A stretch of DNA of 26,032 nucleotides from a virus (lineage: Duplodnaviria > Heunggongvirae > Uroviricota > Caudoviricetes): IMG/VR virus record IMGVR_UViG_2565956624_000001, positions 1 through 26,032 of that record; one strand, 5' to 3'. The first letter of the stretch is position 1, and each line of letters starts with the position of its first letter. The position numbers were made by a program, and so were the translations under genes. The notes under the pieces are model-generated. The model ran no database searches. It saw only the letters and a program-made list of their open reading frames with translations, and was not told where the DNA came from. Positions 1-6,512 of the stretch are shown here, piece after piece.

Positions 1-158
1 TCTCATATCAGGGACTTGTTCGCACCTTCCCTAAATATCCGGCATGGGTTTTTGAACTATACGCCCGCTACTTTGAATTGCTGGCACCAGGTGAAGAAGC
101 ATTAAGCATTGACGAATACGCGGAGTGTTTGGGATTTAAAGGAGACAAAGACGAATAA
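1..158 (+). CDS. 3' end of an upstream gene, product unknown (partial, 5' truncated by window edge)
   Basis: Open frame from the window edge to TAA at 156-158 (...FELYARYFELLAPGEEALSIDEYAECLGFKGDKDE*); no start inside the window. Confidence 0.3.
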   Translation, partial: SYQGLVRTFPKYPAWVFELYARYFELLAPGEEALSIDEYAECLGFKGDKDE

Positions 159-171
159 AACTAGGGGCCGG

Positions 172-501
172 ATGGCCAAATCAAACCAGAAGGTTGCAAT
201 TATGAAAAGTGATAAGTTCATAGCGTGCTGTTTTGTTGAAGTGCCTAAAGGTGATGTTTTCTGCAATTATGAATTTAAAGACAGTTTAGGCCGATCTCAT
301 GTTGTAGTTGGTAAGCGTGGAGACTGGTTATACATCACTGATGGTGACAGGATCTTCACTAAAAACCAGTTGTTCAGAATAAAGGCAGAAAATAATGAAA
401 TACCTGTTGGCAATATGGGTATTATGAATTATCGCGCTGGTTTATCGTTAAAACACGATGCGGTGAATAAAGCGCGTAGCTTACCTGGTGCTGAATTTTA
501 A
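172..501 (+). CDS. hypothetical protein
   Basis: Track ORF 109-501; in-frame ATG at 172 preceded by AGGGG. The 109 start is TTG. Start choice uncertain. Confidence 0.45.
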   Translation: MAKSNQKVAIMKSDKFIACCFVEVPKGDVFCNYEFKDSLGRSHVVVGKRGDWLYITDGDRIFTKNQLFRIKAENNEIPVGNMGIMNYRAGLSLKHDAVNKARSLPGAEF

Positions 502-524
502 TTTCTTACGAAGGAGAATAACAA

Positions 525-848
525 ATGTCTAAATTTGCCAGTGTTAAAGTTTTTCGTGGTACTTTACCGAACGAAGAAAGATTGGGACAGTACGCCGGAC
601 AACCTGGCGTATGTTTCCGTGTAGCCACTGATGACGAAGCTGGCGTCAAATGCTACCACGTATCTGAACCTCCTTTTGACGTGAAAGATCTTGATAATGC
701 AGATCACGTTAAATTTTTTATCTTAGTATCATTGAAACTTAATCCATTCCCTGGTGATGAAGTGGAATTGATTGGGGCTGAACTGGTGGCGGAATACAAA
801 ATGACTGAAGGAGAAAACGGAGGGGTTGAAATTGAGCGCATCAAATAA
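525..848 (+). CDS. hypothetical protein
   Basis: ATG at 525 with AAGGAG 8 nt upstream; 107 aa; tightly packed with neighbours. Confidence 0.6.
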   Translation: MSKFASVKVFRGTLPNEERLGQYAGQPGVCFRVATDDEAGVKCYHVSEPPFDVKDLDNADHVKFFILVSLKLNPFPGDEVELIGAELVAEYKMTEGENGGVEIERIK

Positions 849-1086
849 ACCTTACAAAATCCGGTGTAAAGGTGAATATCCTGGCTTTACGGTTGGTTGC
901 GAATACCTGGGCCACATTGGGTACGGCCCTTTCGGTGAATTAGGTATGAATACGCTGGACGACGACGGCGACAGCAGGACGCTTGATCTTGATACGGATG
1001 ACTTTGAATATATCCCGCCAGTGACTTACCGCGTAGTTGATGAGTTCATGGCTGAACATGAAGACGAGGACGATGATTATGATTGA
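832..1086 (+). CDS. hypothetical acidic protein
   Basis: Track ORF 826-1086; TTG at 832 lies 7 nt after GGAGGGG. C-terminus is strongly acidic (EHEDEDDDYD). Start uncertain. Confidence 0.4.
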   Translation: MSASNKPYKIRCKGEYPGFTVGCEYLGHIGYGPFGELGMNTLDDDGDSRTLDLDTDDFEYIPPVTYRVVDEFMAEHEDEDDDYD

Positions 1087-1276
1087 ATGTCTTATTATTG
1101 CGGTAGTTATAATTTACCTGGCTGGCGTCATTTTAATGGGCGCTTTTCAGAAAGCTGTTGATAGTGACGGCATTATTTGGTTCGAGCTAGTCTTCTGGCC
1201 TTTCATTACGATATACGCATTCAGTGACGCTATGCGTATTAACATCATGCGAGCCATTAAGGAGCGCAAGAAATGA
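1073..1276 (+). CDS. small predicted membrane protein
   Basis: Track ORF 1037-1276; in-frame ATG at 1073 and 1079. Two hydrophobic stretches (IIAVVIIYLAGVILMGAF, FELVFWPFITIYAF). Stop overlaps the next start (ATGA). Confidence 0.45.
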   Translation: MIMIECLIIAVVIIYLAGVILMGAFQKAVDSDGIIWFELVFWPFITIYAFSDAMRINIMRAIKERKK

Positions 1277-1455
1277 TTGAAGATGGCATATACGCGGCAA
1301 CAGTAGTTGACGGGTTGTTTTACCGCGTAGAAGGTGATGATATTCGCATCCGCGTTGGCTGTGGTGAGTGGGTAGAGCCAATCATTGAGACGACGCGAGA
1401 AACAATTAAAATATTTCTTGATGCTGGTGAACTGGTAAAGGTTAGCGACCTATGA
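1273..1455 (+). CDS. hypothetical small protein, paralog 1 of a tandem pair
   Basis: ATG 1273 with GGAG 9 nt upstream; 60 aa; shares an N-terminal IEDGIY motif with the next ORF. Confidence 0.5.
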   Translation: MIEDGIYAATVVDGLFYRVEGDDIRIRVGCGEWVEPIIETTRETIKIFLDAGELVKVSDL

Positions 1456-1628
1456 ACGAGATCGAAGATGGCATCTATTTGCATAAGGTATTTGACATCG
1501 CCTATTTGGTAAGAGGCGAAGAGGTGATGATAAGGAATGAAGATGTTCCTTATTGGGAATTAAGCGACATGGATCGCGAACACATGCAAACATTGCTTGA
1601 TAACGGACTGATATACAGAACTGCGTAA
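1452..1628 (+). CDS. hypothetical small protein, paralog 2 of a tandem pair
   Basis: Hand-translated ORF absent from the track (58 aa, below its cutoff): MNEIEDGIYLHKVFDIAYLVRGEEVMIRNEDVPYWELSDMDREHMQTLLDNGLIYRTA. ATG overlaps the previous stop (ATGA). Confidence 0.4.
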   Translation: MNEIEDGIYLHKVFDIAYLVRGEEVMIRNEDVPYWELSDMDREHMQTLLDNGLIYRTA

Positions 1629-1649
1629 AGCCGTATTTGTGGGGGCGGT

Positions 1650-1877
1650 ATGGAGGAAATGATTTTGCTGTCATTAATATGGCATCGGTTCGGAAGTGAA
1701 AAAGGTTACTCGCCTGCTTGCTGGCTTGATAGTAAAAGCGGAAAGGAGTATCAAAACGAGTGCGAATTTAGAAGGGAGTGGCGAGGCGGTAAGGAAGTGC
1801 AAGGATATTTTGCACCTAAACACGTCGCCGCCAAATACAAAGAATGGCTTGTTCGTTTGCTTGGCCCTTATCGTTAA
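1650..1877 (+). CDS. hypothetical protein
   Basis: Track ORF; ATG follows the upstream stop after a G-rich stretch. An overlapping alternative frame (1696-1911, GTG start) cannot be excluded. Confidence 0.35.
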   Translation: MEEMILLSLIWHRFGSEKGYSPACWLDSKSGKEYQNECEFRREWRGGKEVQGYFAPKHVAAKYKEWLVRLLGPYR

Positions 1878-1942
1878 AGCCGTATTTGTTGGTCGAAAAC
1901 AAACAGATTAAAATATTACCTAACAATGCGAAACTGTAACTA

Positions 1943-1964
1943 CCCGGCCCCGTGCCGGGTTTTT
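1943..1964 (+). terminator. intrinsic terminator immediately upstream of the holin gene (6S/tR'-like position)
   Basis: CCCGGC-CCCGT-GCCGGG hairpin followed by TTTTT. Confidence 0.6.
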
Positions 1965-1984
1965 GCTTTGTTGGAGGTAAATCT

Positions 1985-2185
1985 ATGTTCGACAGAATAC
2001 GGGCGGCGTGCGCTTATGTTACTGGGACCGTAACCGCTTTTTTCGGTGCGATAACCATAAATGACGTTGCCGTCTTCGTGGGTATCCTATCAACCATTGG
2101 CACATTTGCCGTTAATTATTACTTTAAATCACAGGAGAACAAGCGAGCGCAAGAGGAACACGACGCGCGAATGGGGAATAAGTAA
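1985..2185 (+). CDS. holin, class II / pinholin-like
   Basis: ATG 1985 with GGAGGT 6 nt upstream; 66 aa; two hydrophobic segments and a charged C-terminal tail ([19 protein letters not shown]); sits directly before the endolysin. Resembles phage 21 S-type holins from memory. Confidence 0.7.
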   Translation: MFDRIRAACAYVTGTVTAFFGAITINDVAVFVGILSTIGTFAVNYYFKSQENKRAQEEHDARMGNK

Positions 2186-2186
2186 C

Positions 2187-2678
2187 ATGATTAGCCAATC
2201 GCTGAAAAACAAAATTGTTGCGGCGGCGGCTGGTGGGGCGATCGCTATTGCGGCGGTGATGATTAAGCCATTAGAGGGCGTGGAATACGATCCTTATCGT
2301 GATGTTGTTGGTGTATGGACTGTTTGCTATGGTCACACCGGAAAAGACATCATGTTGGGCAAGACTTACACGCAATCAGAATGCGATGCTTTGTTAAATA
2401 AAGATCTACACAAGACCGCAAAAGCGATTGACCCATATATCAAAGTCGAAGTATCAGATTTTACCCGCGCAGCACTTTATTCATTCGCCTATAACGTAGG
2501 CGCAACCAACTTCAAAACATCAACCTTATTAAAGCTACTCAATGACGGCAAGAAATCAGAAGCGTGCGCACAGCTTAAACGCTGGGTATACGCTGGCGGT
2601 AAGAAGTGGCAAGGCCTGGTAAACCGCCGTGATGTTGAATATGCCGTTTGCGAATGGGGGGAAACGTGGACAAGGTGA
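2187..2678 (+). CDS. SAR endolysin (T4-lysozyme-like, phage 21 R / P1 Lyz type)
   Basis: ATG 2187 two nt after the holin stop. Gly/Ala-rich N-terminal signal-anchor ([18 protein letters not shown]) followed by [23 protein letters not shown]...[11 protein letters not shown], remembered as close to phage 21 R. Confidence 0.88.
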   Translation: MISQSLKNKIVAAAAGGAIAIAAVMIKPLEGVEYDPYRDVVGVWTVCYGHTGKDIMLGKTYTQSECDALLNKDLHKTAKAIDPYIKVEVSDFTRAALYSFAYNVGATNFKTSTLLKLLNDGKKSEACAQLKRWVYAGGKKWQGLVNRRDVEYAVCEWGETWTR

Positions 2679-3136
2679 AGGCGTTAATTATCGCCGCTGT
2701 TGTTTGCATCATTGCCAGCCTTACAGCCGTAACATGCCATTACCAGAGTGAGGCGACAAGGTTACAGGAAGAATTAACGACCACGCAAGGCGCACTGAAA
2801 ACAGCAAGTAACACTATTCAGCAGATGAAGGAGCGAAACGCCGAACTGTCAAAACTTGATAAGAGGTATCACGATGAGATTAAAGCTATCAGATCTGACA
2901 TTGCCGATCTGCGCACTGGCATTGATAACGGCACTATCAGGCTGCGCGTCAACGCAATACCCGTGCGAGTGTCCGACTCCGCAGGAACCGCCAGCCGCAT
3001 TGATGGAGCCACCTGCCAACTCTCTAAATCAGCTGAATCAGCTTATCTATCCCTCAGAGAACAACTAAAAACGAAAGACGCACAGATCACTGGCCTACAG
3101 GACTACATCAAAACGCAGTGCTTACGCAAAGAATAA
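2648..3136 (+). CDS. Rz-like i-spanin
   Basis: N-terminal TM ([17 protein letters not shown]) then coiled-coil periplasmic domain; overlaps the endolysin 3' end; contains the embedded Rz1 frame. Exact start (2648, 2654 or later) uncertain. Confidence 0.75.
   Translation: MRMGGNVDKVKALIIAAVVCIIASLTAVTCHYQSEATRLQEELTTTQGALKTASNTIQQMKERNAELSKLDKRYHDEIKAIRSDIADLRTGIDNGTIRLRVNAIPVRVSDSAGTASRIDGATCQLSKSAESAYLSLREQLKTKDAQITGLQDYIKTQCLRKE
2874..3068 (+). CDS. Rz1-like o-spanin (lipoprotein) embedded in Rz in the +1 frame
   Basis: ATG 2874 with AAGAGG 7 nt upstream; lipobox LSGC; proline-rich mature part ([18 protein letters not shown]); fully nested in Rz. Confidence 0.75.
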   Translation: MRLKLSDLTLPICALALITALSGCASTQYPCECPTPQEPPAALMEPPANSLNQLNQLIYPSENN

Positions 3137-3397
3137 CAGCGCGTGGACGTGTCGCCGTTTCCGCCAGCCAGCCATAACCGGGCCAATCCTTCCCGCGAGC
3201 GACGGCGGAATAGTCAAAAACACGTAATACCGGATCAACAGTCCCATTAACAGGTCGGCGCTACCTGGGTAGAAGAAAGCGCCCACTTTATAAAATCCCG
3301 GAAACGGTACTCACGAAGCGCCGTTTTCAGTGTTTTATATCATTCCTGGCAATGGATAAACAGGAAGTAAAAGCAAACCAGACAGGAGATTATTCTG

Positions 3398-3982
3398 ATG
3401 GCTAAGGGTAAAGGCTTAAAATTGCCTCACTTCAAGATCCCGCTCTTTGAGCATACAACCGTTTTCTTTTGCCCGACCCGCGAGATGTTTTATGAATTTT
3501 GCGAAAAGGCAGGAATTCCGATCGAACCTGATTTCGAACTGGCAGGAGGATTGACGCTTACTTGCACTGGCGAGAAAGGCGGTAACTTCTACGTGATCGC
3601 AGTATTCGACAATGAGTTAGGAACGCTGGTACATGAAGCGGCGCACACGACATTTCACGTTCTAAGTGATGTGGGCGTCGTAGCGACCACTGATCCCAGC
3701 CATCCGGCAAACGAGACTTACGCTTACATGGTAGGCCGTATCTTTGACGCATTCTTCCCCATCCTGGCGGAATCAAATGAAGCACAGGTGGCAGCAATGC
3801 AGGCCGCTGAAGTCGTAGAGAAGGCATTAGAGCAGGCAGAGAAGGCTACTGATGCAGCAGAGCAGGCAGTAGAGCAGGCAGAGGAGCCGAAAGAAGAGAA
3901 AAAACCAGCTAAGAAAGGCAAACGTAAGCCTAAAGCAAAAGATGCGTATGTGCCGCGTGTGATGAGCTTTAAACGAGGCTAA
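3398..3982 (+). CDS. HExxH-motif protein (putative zinc-metallopeptidase-like) with lysine-rich basic C-terminal tail
   Basis: ATG 3398 with AGGAG upstream; 194 aa; motif LVHEAAHTTFHV; C-terminal EQAEKATDAAEQAVEQAEEPKEEKKPAKKGKRKPKAK. Confidence 0.6.
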   Translation: MAKGKGLKLPHFKIPLFEHTTVFFCPTREMFYEFCEKAGIPIEPDFELAGGLTLTCTGEKGGNFYVIAVFDNELGTLVHEAAHTTFHVLSDVGVVATTDPSHPANETYAYMVGRIFDAFFPILAESNEAQVAAMQAAEVVEKALEQAEKATDAAEQAVEQAEEPKEEKKPAKKGKRKPKAKDAYVPRVMSFKRG

Positions 3983-3984
3983 TT

Positions 3985-4059
3985 ATGATTGACCCGCTCA
4001 TTACCCTTTCTGCCTGCGTCGCTGTATGGCTGGCGATCATGATATTCATTGAAAGCTGA
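3985..4059 (+). CDS. mini-ORF 1, hydrophobic peptide (24 aa) MIDPLITLSACVAVWLAIMIFIES
   Basis: Hand-translated; ATG with GAGG 7 nt upstream; starts 3 nt after the 3982 stop. Confidence 0.3.
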   Translation: MIDPLITLSACVAVWLAIMIFIES

Positions 4060-4069
4060 AGGTGTTCAC

Positions 4070-4150
4070 ATGAACGCATACGAAATGCTATTGCTGGTGG
4101 CTGTAGTTGTAGTCATTGCCGTTGACGTATACCGGGAGTTTAAAAAATGA
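4070..4150 (+). CDS. mini-ORF 2, hydrophobic peptide (26 aa) MNAYEMLLLVAVVVVIAVDVYREFKK
   Basis: Hand-translated; GAAGGTG upstream of the ATG; stop overlaps the next start (ATGA). Confidence 0.3.
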   Translation: MNAYEMLLLVAVVVVIAVDVYREFKK

Positions 4151-4215
4151 AATGGCTTGATTTCTTTTTCCTGATCGTTGCGATTGTTCTTACCATGACC
4201 GCGCTGACTCAATAG
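4147..4215 (+). CDS. mini-ORF 3, hydrophobic peptide (22 aa) MKWLDFFFLIVAIVLTMTALTQ
   Basis: Hand-translated; translationally coupled to mini-ORF 2. Confidence 0.3.
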   Translation: MKWLDFFFLIVAIVLTMTALTQ

Positions 4216-4223
4216 GTGAATAT

Positions 4224-4298
4224 ATGGAAACTATCGAAGCTGTATTATTCGTATGTATCGCGGCGGTTGTTATTGTGGGGTTTATTATCAATGCCTGA
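4224..4298 (+). CDS. mini-ORF 4, hydrophobic peptide (24 aa) METIEAVLFVCIAAVVIVGFIINA
   Basis: Hand-translated; AGGTGA upstream of the ATG. Confidence 0.3.
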   Translation: METIEAVLFVCIAAVVIVGFIINA

Positions 4299-4359
4299 CA
4301 GTGATTTCTTAATCATGGCTACATGCACGTTGTTAGTAGTTATCGTTTTCTTCGCATAA
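4291..4359 (+). CDS. mini-ORF 5, hydrophobic peptide (22 aa) MPDSDFLIMATCTLLVVIVFFA
   Basis: Hand-translated; start overlaps the mini-ORF 4 stop (ATGCCTGA). An internal ATG at 4315 would give a 14-aa version. Confidence 0.25.
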   Translation: MPDSDFLIMATCTLLVVIVFFA

Positions 4360-4369
4360 AGGGTAAACA

Positions 4370-4456
4370 ATGAAAGAGCTATTCGACTGGTTGGAAGTAT
4401 TAACATACTGCGCAACATTAATTGCGTGTTTATATATTCTGTGCAAATGGTTTTGA
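4370..4456 (+). CDS. mini-ORF 6, hydrophobic peptide (28 aa) MKELFDWLEVLTYCATLIACLYILCKWF
   Basis: Hand-translated; AAGGGT upstream; stop lies 11 nt before the terminase small-subunit ATG. Confidence 0.3.
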   Translation: MKELFDWLEVLTYCATLIACLYILCKWF

Positions 4457-4467
4457 GAGGTGAAATT

Positions 4468-4953
4468 ATGGCCCGCACTAAAAAGGCAAAGGCTGACGAT
4501 AAAAAGCCAGCCGCTAAAAAGGTGGGCCGTCCGCATGGTTATACCGAAGAAAAAGCATTAGAAATCTGTGAACTGGTGGCGGATGGTCAGAGTATTAATA
4601 AAATTTCGAAAATGCCTGGTATGCCTACCCGTTCCACAATCCTGAAATGGTTTAGGGATGTACCGGAATTCTCGATCATGTACGCGCGCGCGAAGGAGAT
4701 CGGCTTCGAGGTATTGGCTGATGAAATCATCGATCTGGCTGATGCAGCAGAGAACGCAGATAAAGATCAGTTGCGACGCCACCAACTAATGATTGAAACG
4801 CGCAAGTGGCTACTGGCAAAACTTCAGCCGCGCAAATACGGCGAACGCGTCACACAGGAGATCGTCGGCAACAAGGAAGAAGCGCCCGTTCAGGTTGAAG
4901 TCACGAAAGAAGAGATCGCCCGCATCGTCCAGGAAGTAGAAGACGAGGTGTGA
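4468..4953 (+). CDS. terminase small subunit
   Basis: ATG 4468 with GAGAGGTGA upstream; basic N-terminus with an HTH-like segment (GQSINKISKMPGMPTRSTILKWF); directly upstream of and overlapping the large subunit. Confidence 0.75.
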   Translation: MARTKKAKADDKKPAAKKVGRPHGYTEEKALEICELVADGQSINKISKMPGMPTRSTILKWFRDVPEFSIMYARAKEIGFEVLADEIIDLADAAENADKDQLRRHQLMIETRKWLLAKLQPRKYGERVTQEIVGNKEEAPVQVEVTKEEIARIVQEVEDEV

Positions 4954-4955
4954 TT

Positions 4956-6434
4956 ATGTTGACAATCAAAGAACGAGTTATTCAGTCCAAATGTGAAAAC
5001 GATGGCCTGTTTTTCAACCGCTATTTCTACAAGCAAGCAAACGGTACGAAGATGTTTGTCTCAGGTCATCACATAGCTATCCGCGATGCACTACAACGCG
5101 TTATTAATGGTGAGATAACCCGCCTCATCATTAACATTCCCCCAGGGTACGGTAAAACCATGATCGCTACCATCAACATGATGGCGCGGTCCCTCGCAAT
5201 AAATCCCCGCACAAGATTCCTTCACGTTTCCTATTCCAACAACCTGGCGTTACTCAATTCCTCGACTGTAAGAAACATGATCTGTACGCCTGACTATCAG
5301 GCAATGTGGCCCATGAAGATCCGCAACGATGCCAACTCGAAATCGATGTGGTGGACTGAATACGGTGGCGGCGTGTATGCAACGTCATCGCTGGGCCAGG
5401 TAACTGGGTTCCGTGCTGGGTATATGGAGCCGGGATTTAACGGCGCGTTAATCATCGACGACCCATTAAAACCCGCTGACGCTTACTCTGACGTGGTGAG
5501 AAAGCAGGTAAACACAAACTATAACGACACACTTGCTTCACGTCTGGCAGTGCAAACAACGCCTGTTATCGTCATCATGCAGCGCATCCACTACGATGAT
5601 TTGTCCGGCTACCTGTTACGAGGTGGAAGCGGTGAGAAGTGGTATCACCTTAACCTGCCAGTGAAGATCGACAATAGCGTTGACTACAGGGATTTGTACC
5701 CTGAAAACGAGTTCGCAATACCCATTCCTCACAACCTGCCTGATGGATGGCTGTGGCCTAAAAAGCACAATGACATTCATGAAGCTGGACTGAAAGCACA
5801 CAGGCGGTCATTCGAGGCCCAGTACATGCAGCGCCCGCGTAAATTCGACGAAGAGGGTGCATTGTGGACTGAAGCCATGATAACCGCAGCGCACCGGATG
5901 CAGATAACGCAGGACAAGATCCGCACGGTAATAGCTATCGACCCGGCTACAACATCATCGGAAGAATCGGACGAAACGGGGATCGTTGCATGTTCCGCTT
6001 ACGGTGGCGGTAAAAATGCTCAGTATTCTGTTGATGGCGACTACTCAGGCCGTATGTCTCCTAACGACTGGGCGCAGGCATCAATGAACGCCTACAACAT
6101 CCATGAAGCTGACGCGATAGTTATCGAAACAAACCAGGGCGGCGAAATGGCAGAGGCCACGCTACGTAACGCCGGATTCAAAGGCCGCATTGTTAAGGTG
6201 CACGCAAGCAAGGGTAAATTCGCCCGCGCCGAGCCAATATCGGCACTGTATGCACAGGGAAGGGTGGCCCACACAGGCAGCCTGTACACGCTGGAAAATC
6301 AAATGATGGAATACGTTCCAGCTACCGCTAAAAAATCACCTGACCGCCTCGACGCAATGGTATGGGGTATCACTGAATTAAGCCAGCCGCAGGCAATGGG
6401 CCTCATGTTACCTAAGCGCCTGCGCGGATTTTAA
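4956..6434 (+). CDS. terminase large subunit (ATPase/nuclease)
   Basis: Walker A-like PPGYGKT and DE-type IIDDPLK motifs; about 490 aa; position between small terminase and portal. ATG 4956 has GAGG 8 nt upstream; the track start at 4950 is GTG. Confidence 0.88.
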   Translation: MLTIKERVIQSKCENDGLFFNRYFYKQANGTKMFVSGHHIAIRDALQRVINGEITRLIINIPPGYGKTMIATINMMARSLAINPRTRFLHVSYSNNLALLNSSTVRNMICTPDYQAMWPMKIRNDANSKSMWWTEYGGGVYATSSLGQVTGFRAGYMEPGFNGALIIDDPLKPADAYSDVVRKQVNTNYNDTLASRLAVQTTPVIVIMQRIHYDDLSGYLLRGGSGEKWYHLNLPVKIDNSVDYRDLYPENEFAIPIPHNLPDGWLWPKKHNDIHEAGLKAHRRSFEAQYMQRPRKFDEEGALWTEAMITAAHRMQITQDKIRTVIAIDPATTSSEESDETGIVACSAYGGGKNAQYSVDGDYSGRMSPNDWAQASMNAYNIHEADAIVIETNQGGEMAEATLRNAGFKGRIVKVHASKGKFARAEPISALYAQGRVAHTGSLYTLENQMMEYVPATAKKSPDRLDAMVWGITELSQPQAMGLMLPKRLRGF

Positions 6435-6465
6435 AATCTGCCTCACAATCACTCACTAATTTTTC

Positions 6466-6490
6466 TATTTTTCGCGTAGCAACGCGTAAA
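6466..6490 (+). promoter_or_regulatory. conserved motif copy 1: TATTTTT-CGCGTA-GCAA-CGCGTA-AA, upstream of the portal gene
   Basis: Near-identical to the copy at 18805-18829; CGCGTA direct repeat with 10-bp centre spacing. Confidence 0.4.
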
Positions 6491-6512
6491 CATGTATTCA
6501 GGAGTAAACATT

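Noticed and set aside
1696-1911. Alternative-frame ORF (GTG start) overlapping 1650-1877
   Set aside because: Almost completely overlaps the ATG-initiated ORF that follows directly from the upstream gene; only one is likely real and the evidence slightly favours 1650-1877. Neither is certain.
2061-2186. N-terminal extension of the endolysin ORF in the track (start at 2061)
   Set aside because: The extension lies in a different frame from, and overlaps, the holin gene. The ATG at 2187 sits right after the holin stop with an RBS and begins the SAR signal-anchor, as in remembered homologues.
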